From contig CBFFRQ010000089.1 in NCBI GenBank assembly GCA_965644315.1, forward strand, positions 248,001 to 312,000: a stretch of DNA of 64,000 nt. The letters run 5' to 3'. Shown in pieces: positions 45,601 to 55,300 of the stretch. The DNA comes from Caecitellus pseudoparvulus (Eukaryota; Protista; Bigyra: Bicosoecida). The translations under genes and the position numbers were made by a program. The notes beneath the pieces were generated by a model. It did not search any database, was not told the DNA's origin, and worked only from the letters and a program-made list of their open reading frames with translations. Position 1 is the first letter of the stretch. Each line of letters begins with the position of its first letter.

Positions 45601-46140
45601 CCCTGACGACCCACCCAACGCACTCGCCAGCATCGCCACCCCAGACCCCGACAGCTGACGCTCCAGCTCCACACCACCCGCAGCCCCCCCTCCTGACACG
45701 CCAGCCCCCGGCACTGCTGGCGGCACTGCACTTGCGCCACCATCATCCACACGAGCCACGGCTGCACGCCCCTTCCACACACTGCCACCCCCCGAACCCT
45801 TCGCCACACGCCCTCGACCCAGCACCGGCATGGCCTCGGCACTGCCCTGCGCCTGTGCAGGCACTGCTGCACCGCTGGCGCCCCGGGCCTTGCCCTTGTG
45901 CCGCACTGTGCTGGCGTTGGCCAGGAGGTCCACTGCCATGCCGCCATCGCCTTGGCCAGGCTGCTTGAGGTACAGGGCAGCTGTGCCGGCTGAGACCTGG
46001 CGGGCGAGGGTGGGCGCGCCGGGGGGACCAATGTCCAGGTCACCGGAGGAGTCTGACAGGTCGGAAGCTACTGAGCCGTCCTCGTCCACATACCCGCGCA
46101 CTTCCTTCAGACCTTTCGCAACAGAGCGGTGTGCAGCCAT
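37672..46140 (-). CDS. NADAR(YbiA)-like / kelch-repeat / tandem BTB protein, copy A (~2,822 aa)
   Basis: Lies within ORF 37672..46641; likely start MAAHRS at 46140. NADAR-like pieces: FSFDGHIYPNATAAFAAQRF, WGSCKLEVLREVLAARFAAHPNLKHTLVSTYPARLVH and GRNALGSILEQLRDEF. Kelch blades: PSPRAGAA..VFVHGG, HTATV..VLLGG, RSGHSATLV..VVVGG, RTCHAA..CIFGG. BTB motifs: AHACILG..LQWLYTG and AHQCILARRS..VEFLYTD. Confidence 0.85.
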   Translation of the reverse strand: MAAHRSVAKGLKEVRGYVDEDGSVASDLSDSSGDLDIGPPGAPTLARQVSAGTAALYLKQPGQGDGGMAVDLLANASTVRHKGKARGASGAAVPAQAQGSAEAMPVLGRGRVAKGSGGGSVWKGRAAVARVDDGGASAVPPAVPGAGVSGGGAAGGVELERQLSGSGVAMLASALGGSSGGGTGVGSGDGYVGPPSMPHAVALDDAWVSEHTSVGVGGGGGGHSAAGDAPRTMEGVLAGLAGDAKDEERSVSGRRRHFDTLAEELASKPAEVRARFAAVAAATGWSVNDALVVGEQLKGSDVPAFQRGVSFGSQLSWAEDLGLSSPFSFSFDGHIYPNATAAFAAQRFTAMPRVLQQLSCKGSVPFAEQAGRQQEDARLSGLRMSSHEYALNVISVNSFASSTFRTLYHAKRNMPEFRYQFGYYTPPLPDGAFRMTHEKMLPTSLPVSLCGPIAIMQRNFAPRPLKVHEVKNTKPSHILPYVQVYSGHGPTAPLCVLVEAPASRCLKVLSSASQTPGHRPSAAAGSKSGSEDSPDAAPRVTAAELADLPTPVAPLAVPDTPALNLSLPCSLYAVPNTNRVPRPPPQQEVWLVRSSNMRHASPSNLHDLESQRSLLNLKSSVSYRRVGQKAWGSCKLEVLREVLAARFAAHPNLKHTLVSTYPARLVHTMSARLSASGEDSILSATRIGIRAFDVHRVAVGEGGRVPVLGIVNENVSGAGSSRGKSASKRSGPAWFRGGASRRSTAEAMPGDIVLLHSSTPGKGLLGGDDVEAVSQRLALQRLAKPSPANYGTGDSMGFKAKLKNLNRQLRALKRPEEDELNSDSDQSGSSDEGSTGSDGHGGAAEPYRLGKDLAHDPDYQFETRRQSTEAWKQKKRDALAKKRLGDSDAPQRRKQRGKKAARRTPRVQGSKRRMGADPLQQEKGSHSSDEEAKTHMTKAAKAAYDRRQQHAKEIGATGVISVHTASKDLPPKRMRGSHTYRPISDTTYFRPHALGKHGLTKLMEAEGEDPSRMTSSDKSGLRDLAGFKRMMQDPVLGRATATALGLSKSKPTMASVHFPGATSAPTAQGEHEAETGLEQAVGEGVVRAADEIWALLKQCRGPDGADLPTLPYSLYTVEGRNALGSILEQLRDEFIAEGVTPLPVHRTTVAARKDGEGCTVLSAQVPGSTSAGFDATLLRDGSLVLPAWATPEHAVQAEAEQAPTLETCTVWGREYGYITPFAAIQPAWRWVPQHMHVAMGGSMVVSLGYGQHTPKLLRNVRLGSGAVVTVPELHRGHAPSPRAGAAVYTIGRLVFVHGGFGASVRSVRASQPQHTLDPRYRYMQRSVIDENQYLAGTHSASGPEAKHKCLTVGIGEGRSGAEAALRAAQGLTFSISGAASSISNELFAWDVPGLTWLPRGGPHAASGLAPRAGKLPPPPPGKRTLQLAAHSTGTATVDSLPFLPSLHEHTATVLPDRRVVLLGGMCGTHALQASAWLSINDWTVRPRMPDPSRESDGYSRSDWRRIGRRTEDYDGSSSESEHDALGLEHLFDSDSDGPAPAQFPEHDGEQAAARAPLVGAGMAAAGQGAGVPAADMAAAMERSERDEALRQARVVTGNPYAKVRRSALMRWQTAAERVQRAAAARPGRPAPAAVPLLAVGGNAGLYEIVDRAVDERAWNTHFFACSSSRMNTPSYSVYVLDHSTCATQPNAKVMRNVGPLVSRCQLLSPAKEDTLVDTLRSGESLPDYVHLQQVPGQAQRGPEVDNLHPLEHAVVLANRQCISWREYECALSGRQEQRSGLTMLRPCFAGISTLRPRVTAVTRPAGGANLVELTGHSALAVGSAGDEGVLVMGEVDSPQNGGLALLSLGDGTDPCWGWPLTAGTPPAQRSGHSATLVRKQYMVVVGGSTQGRGAGLCSDVWVLDLAAGAGGGVPTWWRLPFAPCSTQLPPPRTCHAAGRVAGKVCIFGGETKGGRVLGDTWTLELVQRDDASLTAAEERIAMESQGGAEWPGSDAGIVPATTGGAAVDSAGEGGAAAESWTGMLLASRAARSSSAQPAHVMQGTAQSRQVVAQALLCPVYGVWRESLLSDKPLAEHKLNAGGKWGTQRETDGSMRLVFQSAVSSGPPPTTALPGRKGAKAAVVGGEMLVFGGQRWGQVAGSFMASSDTPASAGGKRDIAAASQGGMRTLTMGEVLSISLGPTHIPVPGPSLVRDASALWEAAGSGEVDAGSPPADFALRSVEQGAAAPLPPIVQVRAGGSAPHSAVCDALALLGDVDVEEGSFVPGDATSLVPPSWAAALQASGDALGHTCDASSIGAVYAHACILGGVSWLWRRRLEGAWRTICSDGAVEGLAPGGPGCSWVWEAASGVLTFQEPGVSASALSATLQWLYTGQAQFDPVQVEEVCLLVRRWGLSGAGVPRVRRPGHAAVVCAPGALGDVLLAMQHTHGSASVEVRQEEVRAGVRPATIDIAMGRSGSRGRLSHVRSVLSAVLVYGVGADVRLRVPVSAELGEQLTGALAQHGTAVASDGVVYGPGSVGGGEDGVLTLTRWAPGCEGGLDMPPPELGMARSLSTGSVVVDVPPVAATGHAWLPAHQCILARRSFFMRHAVASGLISAPVEPSAAASSGGVFSGEAALPSTGVGLPDTDLSTHAAAHMVEFLYTDRMGRLALSQAAAAGLHAELVSARGMAHAVVSGADPAEALAQGTLPPPAEAPFSAGAVREEDAVEDAPALAQLGSMHMQPRLLAHALRSMVAGYDLSDAESAVGMLQFALGLGQAGEPLRAVCEFHLRHSVPRSDLVPVVQAVLGSGEAEAGLVKALRSSLRARGVDMAELEVEQGILA
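40195..40698. repeat. Inverted repeat block 2 (504 bp), partner at 54746-55249
   Basis: Encodes an identical 168-aa kelch segment (GHSALAVG...EERIAM) in both copies, with only scattered silent differences. Confidence 0.95.
45417..46064. repeat. Inverted repeat block 1 (648 bp), partner at 49464-50111
   Basis: Near-identical reverse complement with equal length in both copies; only 4 amino-acid differences seen in ~216 codons. Confidence 0.95.
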
Positions 46141-47231
46141 AGTGCTTGCCACTTCTGCAACATCATCTCGAGTTGCAGCACGGCGGACAGTTCGCCGAGA
46201 GAGACTTGCAGGCCCTTCGTAGCCATGTACAACAGAGTTCCCAACACTTCTGTCTGTGCATGGGCAGTGCAGGCAAGCGGTGTATCCAAAGGAGAACGAC
46301 TTGGGAACGGCGGGGTGGGCCGAATTCCGCAGTCGTCTCTCGCTTGTACGCACGCTTTCCAGTCCAGTGTCCGGGTAGAACATCCCGTGCCTGGTACAAA
46401 TACCCATGCTGCTTCTTGGACACCACTTTGGCATGCCCATCAGCCTTGCGGCGCTCGACGGCAGCCAGCGCCGCGCTTCCGGTGGCTCCAGGAAGGGAGC
46501 CTTGATCCATGCTCTGACCTCGTCCGATCTGGCTGATGCATGCGAGTGACAAGCAAGTAGAACCCAAGAAATCGCATGCTCGCATGTGGGGGGGGGGGAT
46601 TTGATACTGTATCTTGTCTCTTGGTGCGCGAGGCTGCACATTGAAGTCCCTTGGATACAGTAAACTAAACGCCAGCAACCAACGGGCAGGGGAGACTAGG
46701 CTTCATGGTCTGCTCCAAGGTGTACGCCAAGGACCACGCGAAGCACTGGCGGGAACAAGCACTTGCCATTCTGGCTGGCCTGCCCAAGCCTCGCTGCTAG
46801 TAACTTGACAATGGCTGTAGCCGGGGCTCTTGCGTTCCTCGCTGCACAGCGCGAAGAAGCCGGCTGTTGACGTTCGAATTTAGAAGATTCAGCACTGGGA
46901 GGTCTTGGAATCTGTACTTAACAAGTGCTGGCGCACCGGTGCCCCGCCCTGTCCTGCTGGGGGTGAGGCAAGCGCCGTCGCAGTGTGCACTTCAGGCCGC
47001 ACGCGCGACAGCCGCAAGCTGGCCAGGCTGCAGCACATGGGCACACTGCACCCTTCGTCACATACCTGGAGGAAGAAGTTTGGCTGGCAAGAGCATTATT
47101 CGCTACCTTTCGGGGCCCCATTGAAACACCACCCCACTTGCACACAGACAGCTGCATACCTGCCGGACTGCAAAGTGGGCACTTCATCAACTTCCGCAAG
47201 CAGCTACCCAAGTTGCAGTTGCCAGCCGTGC

Positions 47232-48452
47232 ATGGTTGGGCCGTCAAGCAGCATGGCCTTGAAGAATGATGATTCAAGGGCCTCTTTGTTTGGCAAGCAT
47301 GGTGTGCTCCGCCACATGCGCTGGGCTCATGCAGGCGTGCTGCTTGTCTTGGTGATGCTGCTGAACCTGGCATTCATGCCGTCCCAAACTGGAGCCGCAG
47401 AGACCTTCTTCGGCAACTCAATCCTCGTACAATCACTGGGATGGGCTCCAAGCTGCCCAGACTGGGCAGGGCACCCGGTCAGCAACGCCCTCCGGCGTGA
47501 ACAGCAGGCCCAGCAGCAGCCAGCCCTGCCCCAGCACTTCCACTCCAAGCTCAGCCTAGCAGGCGCTGTACGGCCGTACTCACAGCACGGCAAAAGGGAT
47601 GCATGGTTGACCCAGGCGTTAGTCGACAAGGGGTACACTCCCAACGCGGGGCAGACGGAGAACAACGCTGGGCTTGGCACAGTCAAGGCAGCGCAAGTGC
47701 GGCGACAGGTGTGCCCTTCTGGCATTCAAATGGATGACGCAGAGATCGCCGCGATGAGCAAATGGATGCAGGAGGGGGCCGAAGCGCACGGCAAGACTGC
47801 CTTGACCTCTGTGTACATGGAGTGGGGCACGGGCGGCTCCACCCTCCGGAATGGGCTGCGAGCTGGCCACGTATTCGCAGTGGAGCACCACGCTGACTGG
47901 TGTGCGATGCTGAAACGCTGCTTCGGCCACCTTGGATGGGACCACGTCACGACAGTGTGCGCGCCGCCCGATCTGCGCCACCGGGACTGGTGCCCCACGG
48001 AAACTGGCAGGGTGGGTTTGGACGAGGGGGGGCTCCTGTCGTTCCTGTCATACGTGAACGCTCCGTTGGATGCCGTGCTGCAGCGCGGTCTGCCTGCCCC
48101 AGTCCTGGACAGCATCCTCGTGGACGGGCGTGCTCGTATCGCCTGCGCCCTCCGAGCCTATGCCTTCATGGACATGGGCACTGCCCTCATGATCCACGAC
48201 TCCAACCGCGACTACTACCGACAGCGCCTTGCGCCCTTCTTTGACTTTGACGCTGAACGTGACTGCACCAAGTCAGAGAGTGGCATCTGCAGGCTGAGAC
48301 CCAAGCCAGAGCTCGTCGGGCGCATGTTGCCTGAGGAGTACATTGCCAAGGTGGCAGATTTGACCCACTACACGCCTGGTCTTTGGGCAGCGCCCAGGCT
48401 TCCTGCCACAGAAGACATGCCGCGACTCGCAGATGTGTGGAAGCAGCAGTGA
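47232..48452 (+). CDS. Type II membrane class I SAM-dependent methyltransferase-like protein
   Basis: A single N-terminal TM (AGVLLVLVMLLNLAFM) is followed by VYMEWGTGGST (motif I), AVEHHADW, DSILVDGRARIAC and LMIHD. Start is ATG 47232 or 47253. Confidence 0.75.
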   Translation: MVGPSSSMALKNDDSRASLFGKHGVLRHMRWAHAGVLLVLVMLLNLAFMPSQTGAAETFFGNSILVQSLGWAPSCPDWAGHPVSNALRREQQAQQQPALPQHFHSKLSLAGAVRPYSQHGKRDAWLTQALVDKGYTPNAGQTENNAGLGTVKAAQVRRQVCPSGIQMDDAEIAAMSKWMQEGAEAHGKTALTSVYMEWGTGGSTLRNGLRAGHVFAVEHHADWCAMLKRCFGHLGWDHVTTVCAPPDLRHRDWCPTETGRVGLDEGGLLSFLSYVNAPLDAVLQRGLPAPVLDSILVDGRARIACALRAYAFMDMGTALMIHDSNRDYYRQRLAPFFDFDAERDCTKSESGICRLRPKPELVGRMLPEEYIAKVADLTHYTPGLWAAPRLPATEDMPRLADVWKQQ

Positions 48453-49381
48453 GGGGGGCAGCTGGAGCGAGAGCGGCTCTTGTGCCCAGCAGCGAACTCG
48501 CAGGGACAAGGTGCTCAGAAGTTGGCAAGTGATATGAAGCGCGAGCACCTGCAGCCTCAACCGAGGCAAGAATTCCAGCATGTTGGCTTTCATTGAATTC
48601 TATCGGATTGGTTGTGTGTGGTTCTCACAGGCTTCTGCAGCTCTCTACATGAATCGCGACCCCCTTCCATTCGAGCCGAAACGTGGGTGAAACGCCCAAG
48701 CGGGGCCAGCCTTTGCCGCGCAAACGAGCGAAGGACCAACCTTGAGCCAAAGCCTTTCAGCAGGGGGTGCTATCATCCTTAGCTTGGTTTCATCATCTCA
48801 CTGGACTCTTTTCGGGCTTTCTTTCCAGTGCACGATGTCGATGCAGCATGTGCAAGCGCAGATCTCGATGCGACAGTTCTGGTGGGGTAACCACGACAAA
48901 ATCCAAGAAGCGTGCAGCACAACTGCGCTGCTACAATGAAACCAGCTCGGGACTTCAGTCAAAGTCCTGGCTTCCTCAGTCGCCGCGTGTGAGGCCACCT
49001 TTCGACATCGGCCGACAAGCACGTTCCGCCGCAACATGCAGCATTCCTCGAGTGACGCTGGAGCAGAGTTTGCCGCCTATGCTGCGTCAGAGGCAGCTGA
49101 TCGGCGCAAGTTTCATGGCAACGCGCACCACAAGGCAAAGCTGCGGGATGCGTTGCGCCACTGGGACTCTCGCTTGAAGTCACGTGTGTATCTTGCAGCG
49201 CCTGCTCCTTGCGGTTTTCGCAGCCACCACGCCATCGCTACTTGCTCGGCGTTCTTGCCTCACAGCTCATACCGAAAGCGATGAAGGAGGGAAAAGTGGC
49301 ATTGCAGCTTCAATCCGAGGCTCCAAGCCAGGCGACGTGCCTGGTGGCCACCATGCCAAGCACCACGGCGGTGCAAAAGTC

Positions 49382-52300
49382 ATGTCCGATGCTGCCCAAG
49401 TCGCGCTGCTGGCAGGCTCGCGCGCGGCAGCGGCACTGCAGGACGTGGCGGGAGACGAAGGTGCCGACCTGTCAGACTCCTCCGGTGACCTGGACATTGG
49501 TCCCCCCGGCGCGCCCACCCTCGCCCGCCAGGTCTCAGCCGGCACAGCCGCCCTGTACCTCAAGCAGCCCGGCCAAGGCGACGGCGGCATGGCAGTGGAC
49601 CTCCTGGCCAGCGCCAGCACAGTGCGGCACAAGGGCAAGGCCCGAGGCGCTAGCGGTGCAGCAGTGCCTGTGCAGGCGCAGGGCAGTGCCGAGGCCATGC
49701 CGGTGCTGGGCCGCGGGCGTGTGGCGAAGGGTTCGGGGGGTGGCAGTGTGTGGAAGGGGCGTGCAGCCGTGGCTCGTGTGGATGATGGTGGCGCAAGTGC
49801 AGTGCCGCCAGCAGTGCCGGGGGCTGGCGTGTCAGGAGGGGGGGCTGCGGGTGGTGTGGAGCTGGAGCGTCAGCTGTCGGGGTCTGGGGTGGCGATGCTG
49901 GCGAGTGCGTTGGGTGGGTCGTCAGGGGGCGGGACGGGTGTGGGCAGCGGGGGTGGGTATGTGGGTCCCCCCAGCATGCCGCATGCCGTGGCGTTGGATG
50001 ATGCGTGGGTGTCAGAGCACACGTCAGTGGGTGTTGGGGGGGGCGGTGGTGGTCGTTCTGCGGCTGGCGACGCTCCCCGTACGATGGAGGGCGTGCTGGC
50101 GGGGCTCGCTGAACAGCCGAAACTCCCGTCCCGGTCTTCAACACGCCTTCCTCCGTACCTCCGCCGCATGACACGCCAGCAGCGCGCCGTTGCTGCCGCA
50201 ACAGGGTGGAGTGTCTCCGATACAGTGGTGATAGGTGACGGCTTGGACGCAAGTGAGCTGGTTCCAGGCCAGAGCAAGGTGTGCATTGGAGGCAGGTTCG
50301 ACTGGCACGAGACGCTGTCGCTGAGTCATGACTTTCCATTCAGATGCTTCGGACTGGAGTTTTTCTGCGGTTGGTCAGCCTTTCTGTCGGCAAGGTTTCC
50401 TGGCATGCCCCGCATTCAGCAGCAGTGCACCACGCAGCACGAGCTGTCTTCATGGAGTGAAATCGCTCCCAGCACTGTGCAAGAACATAACCTCCCATGG
50501 CAGGGGCATCCATGGACGGCTTGGCTGACAGCGCTGAACTTGATTAGCACCGACGACTCTTCTTCCACCACGTTTCAGCGCAACTTCAAGGAAGCACGGG
50601 ACAAAGCAGCCGCTGCTGGGCAAAAGATCGTCCCTTTCGAACAGGCCTCCCACGCCTATGCCAACATTCATCGGTACTACAACTACAGCTATGGCTACGG
50701 CCACGCGCACAGTCGGCGTTTCAACTTGAAAGCTCTGCCGCTCATGCCAGGCTACGAGCCGATACAGCTGTGGAAGTACACGCTAGCAAACGAAGGGCAC
50801 TGGTTCAATGGCGCCATGCGATGGTCTTTCAGGGGGAGGCCCTCGAGAGTGAACAGCTCCTCGCCGATGCTTGCCAAGCTGCAAGCCCTCCGAGCCGGGT
50901 GCATGGGAGGAAGGACTTCCTCCCCTTACGGCTTCAGCCCCTTCCCCACCCCAGGCCCAAGCCCATCGGGACAGCACACTGTTCACCTGCGAGCGATGTC
51001 GCCAGCGATGAGCGGGTGTCTGACTGTCAGCTCTGTGATCGGCTTCGACGAGGGAATGCCGCGTCCCTCTGCTCGACCACTCACTGCGGCTGATTATCCA
51101 ACGGCAGTTCAGGCCGTGCACAAGCTCCGGCTGGAACTCACCACCACGCCCCTTTCCAAGTGCAAGTTCACCGTGGGTGCCCCCGGAGATGAAGGGGTGC
51201 TGCGGGATCCCCCCAAAACCCCCCACGTGACTGAAGTATGGCTAACGACTGCTCGAATATCGAAGAACATGTCACGGTATGTTCCGCACGATCTGCCCAC
51301 CCCCGCGGACCTGAGCAACGCTGCGGGGGCGCGCATGGCCAGCAACTTCTCCATGGACGCACCTGGCTTTATGGGGGAGGAACAGTGGGCAACGACACGC
51401 CAGATTGCCATGCTGGAGGTCTTGCGCCGCATGTTTCGGCCTGGATCTGAACGTGCAGCAGCGTTGGTTGCGACGTACCCAGCGCGGCTGGCGTACTGTG
51501 TCGGGGAGGCACAGCCAACCACTGCAGAGGACAAGCACTGGACTGCTCGGCACATGTGCCTGCAGCCGTGTGACTTGTTCCCCGAGCTGACCCCGGAGGG
51601 CCCGCAGCCAGACACCTTGCCGAGCTTCGGCACCCCCTTTGACGCAAATGGCCGGCCCTTGCCTCGAGACATGTGCATGGGGTTCGAGGGGAAGCCGGTC
51701 CACGGCATGCTCATTTCGCGATCAGCACAGGGTCACACCACGTCGCAGTATCTGCCAACCGCGGAGGCCTTGTCCAAGCAGCGTCAAGCAAGGCCGGTCG
51801 CTGAACAGGACGCGGTTGTGGCCCAGCAGCGCGTGCATGATCTGCGTCGGCAGATTGAAGGGGGTGGTGGCGAGACTGGGCGATCGTACGTGGAGCGCGC
51901 CCAGGCAGCGGCTGAAGCAAGCTCTGATTCAACGAAGCATGTGCAATCAGTGCAGCCAGCACATGAGGCTGCACGCAAAGAGGGCGAAGATGGCCCGAAG
52001 CCAGGCGAGAAGGGGTACCGAGCGCCAAAAGGGGCACGTGGCCGGCGGTCTGCTCCGCTCCGGGCGCGTGCATCTCCGGCGCAGGCTCCAGTAGCGCAGC
52101 AGGCGGATCAAGTCGCACGAGATGCTGACCTGGCGAAGAAGACGGGGCGCGGGCATTCCACGAAAAAGGAGAGCCGCCGCACCGCGCCGGCATCCAGGGC
52201 GCTTGCGGGTACGAGGGGCGCAACAGCACAGGGTGAAGAGCTCTCTGAAACGCAGAAGGGCACCATGATGCAGTTCCTGTCCCAGGCATGCGATGAAACC

Positions 52301-55300
52301 GGCAACCCCCTCCCCACCCTGCCTTGTCACGTACAAATTGTGGCAGGGCAGAATGAGCTGGGGTCCCTGCTAGAGCGAGTGCGGTCGGAGCTCATTCACA
52401 AAGGGCAAGCCCCCGCCCCGGTGACGCGGGAGTGCACTGGGCAGGCGGCTGTTGAGCGCTCCTTGAACCTGTCCCTTTCTCTTGCGCCAGATGGCACGAA
52501 ACCGAACGAGTTGGGGGTCTGCTTCCGGCACGGCAACATGCCTCTTCTTCCAGCTGACTGCGTGGAGAGCCAGCATGCCCTGCTTGACAGCGAGGGAGCA
52601 GCGGCAGGTGGCGGCACAGCTGGAGCTGCCTTTGACGCACAAGTGACTGCTCCCCTTGGAGCTCACGTGGACTGGGGTGACGGCTTCCGGATCCTGGTCC
52701 CTTCGGATTCGCTTCTCTCACACTCAATGTCCCGTGACACACACCAACTTCAACAAGCTACGTTTGCCGGGGCCCTGCACTTTGCCGGGCCGATGCTGGT
52801 GGATGCCGGCTACGGTCCGCATGCGGTACAAGTCATGCGCAGTGTCTTGACCCCCACGCTTTCTGGTCGCAAGAAGTCCCTGGTGCCCCGCCCGCACGCT
52901 ACTGTGGGCCCCAGTCCACGCACTGACGCGGCTGTGTACAGCCTTGGCGGGATCGTTTTCATGCATGGCGGGCGGGGCCCCAGTCTGCGTAACGCTTTCA
53001 GTGCTGATGCAGCTGCGGGCTCATCCACCTCTGCACAGTACGTGAGAGGGACGTACGTGCCCCCTCAAAGCACCCTTCGGCATGCCCTGGCAATTCGCAA
53101 ACTGCCACTGCCGACAACCGCACAGCAACAGCGCCGTGCTGCCGTCATGGGCACAGTCAGTACCGTGGGCGGTGTGGCGCACACTGTGTTCAACGAGATG
53201 TTCGCTATGGACACACGGCGGGGAACGTGGTTGCCTCGCGGAGGGCATTTGCGTGCGACGGGCTTGCGGCCCGATGCCCCTGAGCTGGAAGTTCCATCCC
53301 CTCATGAGCGTGCCTTGCGCCTGGCAGACCACTGCCTCAACCCAGACATGCCCAACGCGCTGCCTTTCCTGCCGTCCCTCTCTGGTCACACAGCCACCGT
53401 GATGTCAGATCGCCGGGTTGTGGTATTAGGAGGCATGTGCGGTGTACATGCGTTGGAACCTTCCCGAGGGTGGGGTGTCCGGAACGCCAAAGACTTCTTC
53501 TTGCTGCCCTGCCCTCGGATTCAAACTGGCCGCCCGTCGCGCTGGATGCGTGTGGGGCGTGGCGCAGTGAAGCACACCAACCTACAGCGCCCCACCGCAG
53601 AAGTGCTGCCCGGGGATGACTACGAGTCCACGTCGTCCGGGATTTCCATTGGAGGGCTCTTCGACAGTGACACTTCGGATGACGAGGCGGAAGCCCGACG
53701 CGCCGCACGCCGTGTCCGACGAGCTGCATTGCGAGGCCGTAGACAGCTTGCGAGGGCTGCTGCAGATGATGATGACCCCATCGGGACCGGTACGCGCTAT
53801 GAGCGGCCTGTGGGGGGCGTCGTCGTGCCTGAGATGCTGGGAGGCGGCGACTTTGACGCAGGCCACGCTGGCGGCCGCAGTCGGCAGCCAGCGGACCAGT
53901 TTGAGGCCTGGGAGTACCGGCGTGCGTTAGAGGCGGCCCAGGAACTGACGGGGAATCCAGCTGTGGAAATTGTCCGCACACGAGCTCGGATCTGGCAAGC
54001 CGCGCGTGAGAGGGCTCATGCTCTGCTGGCCCAAGGTGGTGCCGCTCTGGGTAGTGGTGGCGCGGCTGCCGAGGATGATGCCGCGATTCTGCGAGCCCTG
54101 GAAGACCGCGAGGTGGCCATGGTGGGGGCGGGCCACGCAGCAGCAATGCCCGGGACCGGCTCCCTGCCGCCACTGCCCCTGCTTGCCATTGGCAGTGACG
54201 TTGGGCTGTACCGCATCGTGCACCGGGACAGCGAGCACATCCTCCGCTCCTACGTGCAGTTCTATGCAGGCAGTCCTGAAAGCAAGGCCTCTTGCATGGT
54301 GTACATGCTGGACCATGGGCAGGGCTTGCTGTCCCCCCGAGTGACAGTGCTCACGAAAGGCGGCCCCCTGCTGCCCCGTTGCACGCGCCCGAGTGGCGAG
54401 GCCTGGGACGCTCTAGTCGAGGCAGCGGAAGGTCTCACAGAGGAGCGTGCCCAAACCCAGACGCTCTCTGAGTTCTGCGCTGCGCGGTGCACGCCCGAGC
54501 TTGCCCAGGACGTGTTCTTTGAGCACGCCGGCGTGGCACAGTCGAAGCGCTCAGGCCATGCCCGCTCCGTACCAAGCCAAGCACCTCCCTCTAGCCTCAT
54601 GAAGCTTCGCTCCGCAGACTACCTCCCCTGGCACATCACACAGCGACCCGTGCTTGAGGGTACGTTCGCTGGACTGCGGGTTCAGCAGCAGACGCTGGAA
54701 GATCTGGGAGACGGGGAGCACATTCCAGAGCCAGTGTCGCTGGTGGGGCACTCTGCCTTGGCAGTGGGCAGTGCGGGGGACGAAGGTGTGCTGGTGATGG
54801 GGGAGGTGGACTCCCCACAGAACGGTGGCCTGGCCCTGCTCAGCCTGGGAGATGGCACCGACCCCTGCTGGGGCTGGCCCCTCACCGCTGGCACGCCCCC
54901 CGCCCAGCGCAGCGGCCACAGCGCCACCCTTGTGCGCAAGCAGTACATGGTGGTGGTGGGTGGTTCCACACAGGGCAGGGGCGCAGGTCTCTGCTCTGAC
55001 GTGTGGGTGTTGGATTTGGCGGCCGGAGCGGGTGGCGGCGTGCCCACTTGGTGGCGACTGCCGTTTGCGCCCTGTAGCACGCAGCTGCCGCCCCCTCGCA
55101 CATGCCATGCGGCAGGGCGTGTGGCAGGGAAGGTGTGCATTTTTGGCGGGGAGACGAAGGGCGGGCGTGTTCTGGGGGACACCTGGACGCTGGAGTTGGT
55201 GCAGCGTGATGACGCCAGCCTGACAGCTGCCGAGGAGCGCATCGCGATGTATGCTACAAAGGTTGAAGAAGTGTATGACACGAAAGTCAGTGCCGAGTCC

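Noticed and set aside
46141-46641. 5' extensions of the long ORFs (also 49184-49381, 1705-1824, 29713-29819, 35546-35908, 46905-47231)
   Set aside because: They have non-coding-like composition and mostly non-ATG starts. Downstream ATGs match the start of plausible or homologous protein sequence.
46815-46867. Possible hairpin (tagccgg...ccggctg) as an ncRNA or SECIS
   Set aside because: Short GC-rich stem with no SECIS core or tRNA/snoRNA boxes, and it is not in a 3' UTR.
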